A DNA stretch of 64,000 nt from assembly GCA_050949565.1 (NCBI GenBank), contig JBMNFY010000008.1, forward strand, positions 1-64,000, written 5' to 3'. Below, piece by piece: positions 47,723 to 56,655 of this stretch. The notes beneath the pieces were generated by a model. It was not told where the DNA came from and searched no databases. It saw nothing but the letters and a program-made list of their open reading frames with translations. Each line of letters starts with the position of its first letter. The stretch's first letter is position 1. Origin of the DNA: Kiritimatiellia bacterium (GTDB taxonomy: Bacteria; Verrucomicrobiota; Kiritimatiellia; RFP12; UBA1067). Both the position numbers and the translations under genes were made by a program.

Positions 47723-48553
47723 ATGGAAATGATCTTGATGAAAATTGCGATTCTGGGTGCGGCAGGCCGCATGGGTGAAAACCTGCTACGCTGCGCGGGC
47801 AAGTTCGAACAGTGCGAGATCGTCGCGGCCACCGAGCGCCCGGGCCATCCGGCGATCGGTTCGCGCGTGAAGGCGGTCTGCGGTGCGCTGATGAACGTTG
47901 AGGCCGTCCCCGACGACCTTTGCTATACCGACCAGTGGCCGGGACAGGCGGAAGCCGTCATCGACTTCACCTTCCACACCACGGTCACCGACCATCTTGC
48001 AAACGCTGTGAAAAACGGCCAAGCCTATGTGCTGGGCACCACCGGGTTGACCGATGCCGAGAAGCAGAGCGTCCACGAGGCCGCCGCCAAAATCCCGATC
48101 GTCTGGGCGCCCAACATGAGTCTGGGCGTGAACTTGCTGTTCGAACTCGTACGCCGCTCGGCCGCAGTTCTCGGCCCTGACTACGATGCCGAGATTGTCG
48201 AGATGCACCACCGTCTCAAGAAGGACGCGCCGAGCGGCACCGCGCTCGGACTTGCCGAAGCGCTGGCCGCAGGCCGCGGCGTCGATCTCAAAGAGGTCGC
48301 GTGCTACGGACGCGAAGGCATGCCCGGCGAACGGCCGCGCGGCGAGATCGGCATCCACGCCCTGCGTGGCGGCGCGGTCGTCGGCGATCACACCGTCATG
48401 TTCGTGGCCGACGAGGAGCGGATCGAACTGACGCACCGCGCCAACAGCCGCGAGGCGTTCGCGACCGGCGCGCTACGCGCCGCCCTTTGGCTCCAAGGCC
48501 GCGCACCCGGCATCTACACGATGCGGCATGTGCTCGGCTTTGAATCCGTGTGA
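47723..48553 (+). CDS. dapB: 4-hydroxy-tetrahydrodipicolinate reductase
   Basis: GAAGRMG, GTTG, APNMSLG, EMHHRLKKDAPSGTA. Confidence 0.96.
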   Translation: MEMILMKIAILGAAGRMGENLLRCAGKFEQCEIVAATERPGHPAIGSRVKAVCGALMNVEAVPDDLCYTDQWPGQAEAVIDFTFHTTVTDHLANAVKNGQAYVLGTTGLTDAEKQSVHEAAAKIPIVWAPNMSLGVNLLFELVRRSAAVLGPDYDAEIVEMHHRLKKDAPSGTALGLAEALAAGRGVDLKEVACYGREGMPGERPRGEIGIHALRGGAVVGDHTVMFVADEERIELTHRANSREAFATGALRAALWLQGRAPGIYTMRHVLGFESV

Positions 48554-48559
48554 GGAAAC

Positions 48560-49201
48560 GTGTGCCATCATCCACAGCTTCGCGAGTCGATCCTCTCGCT
48601 CGGCAGTAACGAGGGAGACCGCCTGCTGTGGCTGAGCCGCGCCCGCGCGGCACTCGCCGCCGAAGACGCGCTCACGGTGCGGGCGTGTTCGCCGGTCTAC
48701 GAGACCGACCCCGTCGACGTTCCCGACGCATTTGCACAGCAGCGTTATCTCAACCAGATCGTCATTGTTGAAACCGCACTTGAGCCGCAGGATTTTTCGC
48801 GCCGCATGCACGCTATCGAACAGCGACTGGGGCGGACGCGCGGCGCTGTACGCAACCTGCCGCGAACCATTGACATCGACATCATCACACTTGGGGATAT
48901 CCGCTCAGCAGATCCCGAACTGACGCTGCCCCACCCCCGCGCCGGAACGCGCCGGTTCGTGTTGCAGCCGCTCGCCGACTTGCGCCCGGACGCCTGCCTG
49001 CCGGGCGACACGCGCACAGTCAGCGAACGATTGCGCGACCTGCCCGACGTTCCCCGCGTCACACTTTTCGCGCCGCCCAGCGGCGATGCAAGCGTTCGTG
49101 GCATGGGCGTCCCGCCCATGAAACACGGGCAAGATGCCCGTGCCACACCTGCAAGCAAGAGATTTTGCAAGAACCTCTGTAGAAAAGGAGAATCACCATG
49201 A
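48560..49201 (+). CDS. folK: 2-amino-4-hydroxy-6-hydroxymethyldihydropteridine diphosphokinase with a repeat-derived C-terminal tail
   Basis: LSLGSNEGDR, YLNQIV, PRTIDIDII, LTLPHP, RFVLQPL. Confidence 0.92.
   Translation: MCHHPQLRESILSLGSNEGDRLLWLSRARAALAAEDALTVRACSPVYETDPVDVPDAFAQQRYLNQIVIVETALEPQDFSRRMHAIEQRLGRTRGAVRNLPRTIDIDIITLGDIRSADPELTLPHPRAGTRRFVLQPLADLRPDACLPGDTRTVSERLRDLPDVPRVTLFAPPSGDASVRGMGVPPMKHGQDARATPASKRFCKNLCRKGESP
49096..49177. mobile_element. REP-carrying MITE remnant, same family as 53548-53680
   Basis: gtggcatgggcgtcccgcccatg-aaa-cacgggcaagatgcccgtgccac; right end ttttgcaagaacctc. Confidence 0.75.
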
Positions 49202-50463
49202 AACAGCTCGCCCCCTACTCAATGGGTATCGGCGACCGGTTCGGTCAGCAAGGTACAGCCCAACTCGAAGCCTTTCACCTGCTGGCCGAGCACGAAGGCG
49301 TGACCGTCGTGCCGGTCTGGAACAAATCAAACCGGGAACACACCCTGATCGGCACGAAGCCGCAGGACGTGCGCGACGAAGCCGACGCGGCGGTACGCGA
49401 AGCCGCTTGGAAGGCCCCCTACTTCGTGGACGCCGACCACATCACCCTGAAGAATGTCGATCCGTTTATCGAGGCCTCGGACTTCTTCACGCTGGACGTC
49501 GCGGACTACATCGGCGAAACTCTGGGCGAGAGCGAGATTTACGCGTTCATTGGACGGCACGAGACGCTCGTCGGCACCCACGCGATCGAAGGGCTTGAAG
49601 AGCCGCTGACCTTGACACGCCACCATTTGGCCGAATGCCTGCGCAGCACGCTCTTCGCGGTACGCCAGGCCGGACGACTCTACCGACACATCGCGGAGAT
49701 CAAGGGAGCAGACAACTTTGTGACCGAGATTTCGATGGATGAGGCCGAGTTGCCGCAGACCCCCGAGATGCTCTTTGTGATTCTCGCCGCCGTGGCGGCC
49801 GAAGGCATACCGGCGCAGACGATCGCGCCCAAGTTCTCCGGACGCTTCAATAAAGGTGTCGACTACGTGGGCGACCCGCAGGAGTTCGCGGCTGAATTTG
49901 ACGCCAATGTTTGCGTGGTGCGCGAGGCGGCACGACGCTTCGGGCTGCCCGCCTCGCTCAAGCTCAGCGTGCATTCCGGCAGCGATAAGTTTTCGCTCTA
50001 CCCCGCCATCGCGGAATCCTTGGCCAGGCACCGCGCGGGCGTGCATATCAAAACCGCCGGCACCACCTGGCTGGAAGAACTGACCGGACTGGCCAAGTCC
50101 GGCGGCGAGGGACTCGCTATCGCCAAAGAGATCTACCGGCTGGCGTTGCCGCGTTTCGACGAACTGTGCGCCCCGTATGCGGCCGTGATCGACGTGCAGC
50201 GCTCGCGCCTACCGCGACTCGATGAGGTTGAAGGCTGGAATGCGGGCCGCTTCGCCGCGACGCTCAAGCACGCTCCCGCCGACACCCAGTTCAACTCCGA
50301 CTTCAGGCAGTTCATGCACGTCTCCTTCAAGATCGCCGCTGAACTCGGCCCGCGCTATCTGGACGCGCTGCGCGCCTGTCAGCCGGTGGTTGCCAAACAC
50401 GTCACCGAAAACCTTTACGTGCGCCACCTCCAGCCGATATTCGGTGCATTGCGCCCGTCGTAA
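49198..50463 (+). CDS. uxaE: Tagaturonate/fructuronate epimerase family protein
   Basis: GIGDRFG, DADH, EISMDE, KLSVHSGSDKF, HIKTAGTTWLE. Confidence 0.88.
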   Translation: MKQLAPYSMGIGDRFGQQGTAQLEAFHLLAEHEGVTVVPVWNKSNREHTLIGTKPQDVRDEADAAVREAAWKAPYFVDADHITLKNVDPFIEASDFFTLDVADYIGETLGESEIYAFIGRHETLVGTHAIEGLEEPLTLTRHHLAECLRSTLFAVRQAGRLYRHIAEIKGADNFVTEISMDEAELPQTPEMLFVILAAVAAEGIPAQTIAPKFSGRFNKGVDYVGDPQEFAAEFDANVCVVREAARRFGLPASLKLSVHSGSDKFSLYPAIAESLARHRAGVHIKTAGTTWLEELTGLAKSGGEGLAIAKEIYRLALPRFDELCAPYAAVIDVQRSRLPRLDEVEGWNAGRFAATLKHAPADTQFNSDFRQFMHVSFKIAAELGPRYLDALRACQPVVAKHVTENLYVRHLQPIFGALRPS

Positions 50464-50512
50464 TAGCATGCGCGCATAACCCCCCAACCGAAAACGAAAG
50501 GAGCGCGGACCG

Positions 50513-53098
50513 ATGAACGTCTCAAACAGATTGCGGACACAGGGCTGGTTCTGGAGTATCGCGCTGATATGGGTCGCCGCCGCGTACGGCCGCGAACCGC
50601 TGTCGGTCAGGGTCGCGACAACTCCGGGCGGACCGCAGATCCATGTCAACGGAACTCCAGTGCCGCCGCGCTTTTTCTGGGGTTCCGAAAACAGCGGAAA
50701 CATCCGGGCCGATGCCGATTGGTCAACATGTCAGTTCGATCTCACACCGGAACGGGATGCGCCCGGCAACGCCACGCTCCACTTCCGTTTTGCCGACACA
50801 CCGGGAGAGGTCTGGATCAAGGAGTTGCGATTCATCGATACGGTGACCGGCGCTGACGTGCTGCCGAGCGGCAGTTTCGCATCGGAAGCCGCGTTCCAAC
50901 AGTGCTGGAGCGTCTGGCCCCAAGGTGCCGAGAACACGGTGGGAACGCTGGCCTTCACCGACAACGCACTGCACGTCACGCTACGCGCGCCTGCCGCCGG
51001 TACCGCGCGACCGGACTTTCACCTCTACAGCCGACACCTGACTTTCAGCAAGGCCCGCACCTACCGCTGCTCCTTTGCCGTGAAGGCCGCGCCGGCGCAA
51101 AGCGTACTGCCCTGCGTGTACCGTGTCGACAACGGGCACTACTCGCGCATCGGCGGGCCGCCCGGTTCGTTCTACACGCAAATCGCGCTGGCACGCGATG
51201 CCGGTGTCAACTTGGTTTCATTTTCGGCCCCGGCCTGCTGGGCACCGCCGGAGAAAACGCAAGACTGGTCGCCGCTCGATGCCCTCTGCCGCCGCATCAT
51301 CGCGGTCAACCCCAATGTCCTGCTGGTTCCCCGCGTCAGCGCCAACGCCCCCGACTGGTGGCTGAAACACCATCCCGACGCGCGCATGGTCTACGACGGC
51401 CAAACCCCGTACCCGATCTCATGCGTGTCGCACCGCGCTTACCGTGCCGCCGTCTGCGCGCATCTGGAGAAACTGACGCAACACTTGCGCGAAGCCTTCC
51501 CCGGCCATTTTGCAGGCGTGCATCCCTGCGGGCAAAACACCGGCGAATGGTTCTATTACGACTCTTGGGAACCGCCGCTCAGCGGCTACGACCCCGCGAC
51601 GCGCGACGCCTTCCGCGCCTGGCTCGCGGCGCGTGGCGTCCCGGATGCGGCAACAGCCGAACCGCCTGAACACCAAGCGCGGCGGGCGCACCCCCACGGC
51701 CTGTTGCGCGACCCCGCGCGTGAACGCCGCTTGATCGACTTCGCCTTGTTCCAGCAAGAGGAGATGGCCGACCATGTGCTGGCGCTCGCGGCGGCCTGTC
51801 GCCGTGGCTCCGGCGGACAGGCGCTGACACTCTTCTTTTACGGATACGGCTTTGAGTTCGGACCACTGGGCAACGGCGCGCCAACCAGCGGTCACTACGC
51901 GCTTGAAAAGGTGCTGCGCTGCGGTGCGGCAGACATCGACATCCTCTGCTCGCCAATCTCCTATACCGATCGCCGGTGGCTGGGTACCGCCCCAGTGATG
52001 AGCGCCGCCGAAAGCGTGACGCGCAGCGGAATCCTGTGGCTCAACGAGGACGACTCGCGCACGTACCTTGATCCGCGCAAACAAGAGCACGTCCAGGAGG
52101 GCGGACTGGTCAACCTACAGCAGACCCAACAGGTGATGCTGCGCAACACCGCGCAAGCCGCGCTGCGCGGCTTCGGTACCTGGTGGATGGACCTGCCCGG
52201 CCAAGGCTGGTTCAACGATGCCGCCATCTGGCGCGAGATGGTGCGACTGAGGCCGGTTGACGAGGCCATGTGCCGCAGGCCGCAACCGTTCACGCCGGAA
52301 ATCGCCGCCATCATCGACGAGACCAGCATGTGCCACCTGACCGGCGGATCAGCGACGGCGGCGCAACCGCTCATCTACGAAGGACGCGCCGCGCTCGGTC
52401 GCTGCGGTGCGCCTTACGGCCAGTATCTGCTGGCGGACGCACTCGCCGGGAAAGTGTCGGCGCGCCTGCTGTTTTATTTGTCAGCCTGGCATCTGGACGA
52501 CGCGCAGCGTAAGACGTTCGCGGCGCAGCGGCGCGATGCAGGCGCGACCGTGCGCGTTTGGTGCTGGGCACCGGGCTATCTCCGACCGGATCGTGCCGAT
52601 CTCGGCGGCATCGCGGACGTGACCGGCTTCAAGGCGCGTCCGGCGGATGTGGAGACGGCTCAGGCGACACCCACCGCGCGCGGGCGGCAACACGGCCTGA
52701 CGCAGGCATGGGGACCGGTCGCCAAGGTGAGGCCGCTGTTCACGGTCGAGGCCGCAGACGACGAGGTCTGGGCCACGTACACCGACGGCTCGCCCGCCGT
52801 GGCGATACGCCGCGCCGCTCAGGGTCACGACGTGTTTGTCGGCGTCCCGCAACTCACGCCCGAACTGGTGCACGCGCTTGCGCGGCTGGCGGGTGTCCAC
52901 TGCTACACCGCGCCGGGGCCCGCGCTGTGGGCCGCGAACGGTCATCTCTCCATACAGGCCCACACCGACGGCGCGGTACGCATCGACACCGGGCGGCAGA
53001 ACCGCGTCACCGATGCCCTGGACGGTACCGAACTCGGCAATGGCCCAGTCATCACGCTCCACATGCAACCGGGTGAAGTCCGCGTGTTGCACGATTGA
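50513..53098 (+). CDS. Secreted GH42/beta-galactosidase-like glycoside hydrolase with an inserted CBM-like domain
   Basis: Signal peptide; ARDAGVNLVSF, GQNTGEWFY, CSPISY, NEDDSRT. Confidence 0.65.
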   Translation: MNVSNRLRTQGWFWSIALIWVAAAYGREPLSVRVATTPGGPQIHVNGTPVPPRFFWGSENSGNIRADADWSTCQFDLTPERDAPGNATLHFRFADTPGEVWIKELRFIDTVTGADVLPSGSFASEAAFQQCWSVWPQGAENTVGTLAFTDNALHVTLRAPAAGTARPDFHLYSRHLTFSKARTYRCSFAVKAAPAQSVLPCVYRVDNGHYSRIGGPPGSFYTQIALARDAGVNLVSFSAPACWAPPEKTQDWSPLDALCRRIIAVNPNVLLVPRVSANAPDWWLKHHPDARMVYDGQTPYPISCVSHRAYRAAVCAHLEKLTQHLREAFPGHFAGVHPCGQNTGEWFYYDSWEPPLSGYDPATRDAFRAWLAARGVPDAATAEPPEHQARRAHPHGLLRDPARERRLIDFALFQQEEMADHVLALAAACRRGSGGQALTLFFYGYGFEFGPLGNGAPTSGHYALEKVLRCGAADIDILCSPISYTDRRWLGTAPVMSAAESVTRSGILWLNEDDSRTYLDPRKQEHVQEGGLVNLQQTQQVMLRNTAQAALRGFGTWWMDLPGQGWFNDAAIWREMVRLRPVDEAMCRRPQPFTPEIAAIIDETSMCHLTGGSATAAQPLIYEGRAALGRCGAPYGQYLLADALAGKVSARLLFYLSAWHLDDAQRKTFAAQRRDAGATVRVWCWAPGYLRPDRADLGGIADVTGFKARPADVETAQATPTARGRQHGLTQAWGPVAKVRPLFTVEAADDEVWATYTDGSPAVAIRRAAQGHDVFVGVPQLTPELVHALARLAGVHCYTAPGPALWAANGHLSIQAHTDGAVRIDTGRQNRVTDALDGTELGNGPVITLHMQPGEVRVLHD

Positions 53099-54536
53099 TG
53101 AAGAAGTTCACAGGTAAACCGAGGTTTGCGATGAATATGACGTCTAACATGACAAGGCTGATCATAGGATGCCTCATGGTGTCCGCTTGGACTAGCCTTG
53201 CCGTTGACCCGTGCGATTTGCTCGGGAAGCCGTTCACGTTGGAAACGGCTGTGTCGCTCTGGCCCTCCAACAGCGTCATAAAGGTACAGAGCAGATCATT
53301 TAGCATTGAACCCGTGAATATACTAAACCCCATATGGAAGCAGGAAGCGTATCTCGTTGACCGGCCGGAAGTAGACGACGACGCTGTCTGGTACCAAAAA
53401 CCAGTCATTAAGTATGACGTGTCAAAGAGCCCGACGAACACAGCCGGAATCTTAATGAAGGTCCATGTGTATACACACGACACGAATCAGCCACCTGTTC
53501 ACAGCCTTCTCTCGAAGTATCGGATAACAACCCCATCGCTGACCAATGAGGCTCTTGCAAAACCCCTCGTGGCATGGGCGTCCCGCCCATGAGGCAAACA
53601 CGGGCAAGATGCCCGTGCCACGCCCCTTGTGACATGGGCGTCTCGCCCATGAAAGAGCAACAAGGTTTTGCAAGAGCCTCCAATATGTGCGTGCGTTTCC
53701 CGAATCAGGCATGGACAGGGATTGACGAGGTCACTTTTCACGAGGACAGAACGATTGGAATAAGTAACTTGCCGCCAGTCAGGGTCTCGTATTGCTTTAA
53801 GGATGGCTGGTTGGACCGGGTTTCTATTGCATTACCGTCAAATGCACCTGATTTCCGTCGTAACGTGGCGGTGAAAACATATGACTCATCTGAATCAATC
53901 ATCGACCTACCGTTCCTAATGCGTCCGTCCATTCATGTTTTAGGGGAGTACGATATAGAGTGGTCTGAATATGTAAAAAACTCTCGCTTGGAAAAAGTGA
54001 AGTTGAAAGTGAAGGAGTTGAAAGAGAGTGACAGAGCGAAAGTGGGAGAAAAAACATTTGGTTATTTGAAGGAACTAGGCGTTTATCCGGTCGTGTACAT
54101 TTATGACCCTCGCTCGCGACCTCCAGAAAGCGACGGATTTTATGCTTCTTCCACAATGGGCATTGTCGTTGAAACAGCAGTCTCATGCCCATTTGGGCTA
54201 GAATTCGAAAGCATCCTGTATATATTCGTCAATTTTAAAAAAATGGGAAAGGACATCAAGATACGGATCGCCAAAGACCGATTCCTTCCGAAAACGGAGG
54301 CGGAATGCAAGAAAAGCCTAAAGATCAATTTTGAATCGCGCCGATATGATGGGGAATACAAAATATGGTTATGCAATAATAGGATAACGCTCCTTATTGA
54401 CAAAAACGGGGATGTGTGCATGGTGGGGGTGGATTATTTTCGTACAGACTCTATAAGCGAACCGACTGCACGGTATTTCATACGGCGTATGATACGGTAT
54501 CATGAGGCTCAATCACTCATGGATCTTTATGACTAG
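53095..54536 (+). pseudogene. Lower-GC secreted hypothetical protein split by a 133-bp MITE
   Basis: ORFs 53095-53592 and 53574-54536 join in frame (TPSLTN|MCVRFP) when the MITE and one TSD copy are removed. Confidence 0.8.
53548..53680. mobile_element. MITE with perfect 17-bp TIRs, a 4-bp TSD (CAAT) and REP palindromes as cargo
   Basis: caat|GAGGCTCTTGCAAAACC...GGTTTTGCAAGAGCCTC|caat. Confidence 0.9.
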
Positions 54537-54593
54537 TGGCGAGAAACTGCGGTGGTATGAGGCTGAATCAATTTTACGGTAGACCCAAATAGT

Positions 54594-55046
54594 ATGAACC
54601 GATCTTTATTCATCACAGCAACGCTGTTGGTTATCTTGGGTTGTTCGCCAAAAACAGGTACGGTATCTGTGGAAGATGCGGAGTTTCTGAGTTTTGCCTG
54701 GTGGTGTAACGGCGGTGAAGAGAAAAGCCGGATCATTTACGAAATCGAGACGTCGCCCAAGGCGACCTACCGCAATACCGTGATAAACTCTTCTATGCTC
54801 ACCCACGAAGAAAAGAAGATTATCGCCGATACCATCTCACCTGACGCTTACACGCACGCAACGCTTAAAAAAGCGGAATACCAGAACGCTCAGTTTCTAG
54901 TCATTGACCAATTCAATCCGCTACGCATTGTGGGGAAAGACAGCGAGGGCAGGGAGATCATCGAGGGTGGATCAGGCACCTTGGAGTTGATTCCCCTAGG
55001 CGCCACCGGCGTGATTCAACGCTGCGTTACGTACTACGACTGGTGA
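54594..55046 (+). CDS. Hypothetical lipoprotein
   Basis: MNR + hydrophobic stretch + ILGC lipobox. Confidence 0.7.
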   Translation: MNRSLFITATLLVILGCSPKTGTVSVEDAEFLSFAWWCNGGEEKSRIIYEIETSPKATYRNTVINSSMLTHEEKKIIADTISPDAYTHATLKKAEYQNAQFLVIDQFNPLRIVGKDSEGREIIEGGSGTLELIPLGATGVIQRCVTYYDW

Positions 55047-55168
55047 TCGAGCACACGACGGGTTAGGGTTGTGAGCGGCAGTTCGTGCGGCGTTGCGAAG
55101 CGTGCGCCCGACAGATGCGGACCGGTCACGGGGATACTGCTGAGCCCGACCGCCTCGAAGAGGTGCCA
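55047..55168 (-). repeat. Diverged duplicate of the mutY 3' end (partner at 55613-55734)
   Basis: 122 bp with about 10 mismatches by eye. Confidence 0.92.
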
Positions 55169-55171
55169 TAC

Positions 55172-55357
55172 TCAATCTTCTCCCGTCACCAAACGTGAAA
55201 TTATCCTTTTGGCAAGAATCTCGTTAATCTCGCGATGGCGGGGCAAAGGTTCGGAGTGTCCGGTGATCGGGTTATGGTAGATGTCGTGACGGCTCCCGCG
55301 CCGGAGCAGGACGCACCCCGCATCCTCTATTTGCTTCACGAGGATGCGTCGCTTCAT
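55172..55357 (-). CDS. hicA: HicA-family toxin
   Basis: LLRRGSRHDIYHNP...LPRHREI. Confidence 0.9.
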   Translation of the reverse strand: MKRRILVKQIEDAGCVLLRRGSRHDIYHNPITGHSEPLPRHREINEILAKRIISRLVTGED

Positions 55358-55545
55358 GCGTACTCCAACTCTGCCACCTTTCGTATTCCGGGAATTTCAT
55401 CAGCATTGAAGATATCGAGAAGATCGCGTAGGCTGGCCTTCAAGTCGTCGAAATCCTCGCCTTGTGTCCAATGGTCTGGATAGTCGTTCAGGTAACCAAG
55501 ATAACGCCCATCCGACTCTTTCCAATATGTGAAGAGGGTCTTCAT
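55354..55545 (-). CDS. hicB: Short HicB-family antitoxin
   Basis: YLGYLNDYPDHWTQGEDFDDLKASL; ATGA overlap with hicA. Confidence 0.85.
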   Translation of the reverse strand: MKTLFTYWKESDGRYLGYLNDYPDHWTQGEDFDDLKASLRDLLDIFNADEIPGIRKVAELEYA

Positions 55546-55599
55546 GTTGGTAAAATCTCATTTCCCGACGGCTTTGACAAGAATGAATGGCGAATAATC

Positions 55600-56646
55600 C
55601 TAAGAGGAGCGGTCGAGCACACGACGGGTTAGGGTTGTGAGCGGCAGTTCCTGCGGCGTTGCGAAACGTGCGCCCGACGGACGCGGATCGGCCGTGGGGA
55701 TACCGCTGAGCCCGACTGCCTCGAAGAGGTGCCACACCTGTTTGAAGTGTGTGAAGGTGTGGGTGAAGCATCCCCGCGCTTCGATGCGCGTAACACGCAT
55801 CCCGGTCGCCGTGCGCAATACACGCGCCGCATCACGCGCGGTCGGCGTCCCGCCGGATGCGCCGTTCGGCAGTTCCCACAATCCGCCCAGCAGACCATCG
55901 GGCGCACGCTGTGTGAGCAACACACGTCCGGCTGCATCGCGCACCAGCACCGCCACCGCAGTACGCGTCGGCAGGGTTTTACGGGGCGGGCGCGTCGGCA
56001 GCGCGGCCTGGCGTCCTTCGCGGCGCGCCACGCAATCATCGCGCAATGGACACGCATCACAGCACGGTGAACGCGGCGTGCAGCATGTGGCTCCCAGATC
56101 CATCATCGCCTGATTGAAATCGCCGGGGCGTCCGGACGCCACGATCCACGGCTGCAGCCACTCCGCCAGCCGCGCACGCGCCGCTGGCTTACGGAAGTCG
56201 TCATCCCATCCCAGATAACGTGCGAAGACGCGGAGCACGTTGCCGTCCACCACCGGTGCCGGAATGCCGAAGCAGATGCTGGCGATGGCTGCGGCTGTGT
56301 AAGGCCCCACGCCGGGCAGCGCGGCCCAGCCCGCGACATCGCGCGGCAATTCGCCGCCCGACGCCACAATCTGCTGCGCCGCCCGCTGGAGATTGCGGGC
56401 GCGTGTGTAGTAGCCGAGTCCCTCCCACAGCTTGAGCACCTGCTGCTGCGGCGCGGCGGCCAATGCCGCCACCGTGGGAAAGGCCTGCATGAAGCGCGTG
56501 AAATAACCGCGGACGGTCTCGACCTGCGTCTGCTGCAACATAATCTCGCTGACCCAGACGGCATACGGATCGGGATGGTCACGCCACGGCATCTCGCGCC
56601 GGTTTGCGTCGTACCAGTTCAACAGGCGACGGTGGGTGGGAGTCAT
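55600..56646 (-). CDS. mutY: A/G-specific adenine glycosylase
   Basis: WVSEIMLQQTQV, WEGLGYY, LPGVGPYTA, VDGNV, Fe-S cysteine motif, NUDIX-like C-domain. Confidence 0.97.
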   Translation of the reverse strand: MTPTHRRLLNWYDANRREMPWRDHPDPYAVWVSEIMLQQTQVETVRGYFTRFMQAFPTVAALAAAPQQQVLKLWEGLGYYTRARNLQRAAQQIVASGGELPRDVAGWAALPGVGPYTAAAIASICFGIPAPVVDGNVLRVFARYLGWDDDFRKPAARARLAEWLQPWIVASGRPGDFNQAMMDLGATCCTPRSPCCDACPLRDDCVARREGRQAALPTRPPRKTLPTRTAVAVLVRDAAGRVLLTQRAPDGLLGGLWELPNGASGGTPTARDAARVLRTATGMRVTRIEARGCFTHTFTHFKQVWHLFEAVGLSGIPTADPRPSGARFATPQELPLTTLTRRVLDRSS

Positions 56647-56655
56647 ACCCGCTGG

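Noticed and set aside
55047-55734. DGR template/variable repeat pair in mutY
   Set aside because: Differences are mostly transitions in both directions rather than adenine-specific, and the only RT in the window is a group II intron type.
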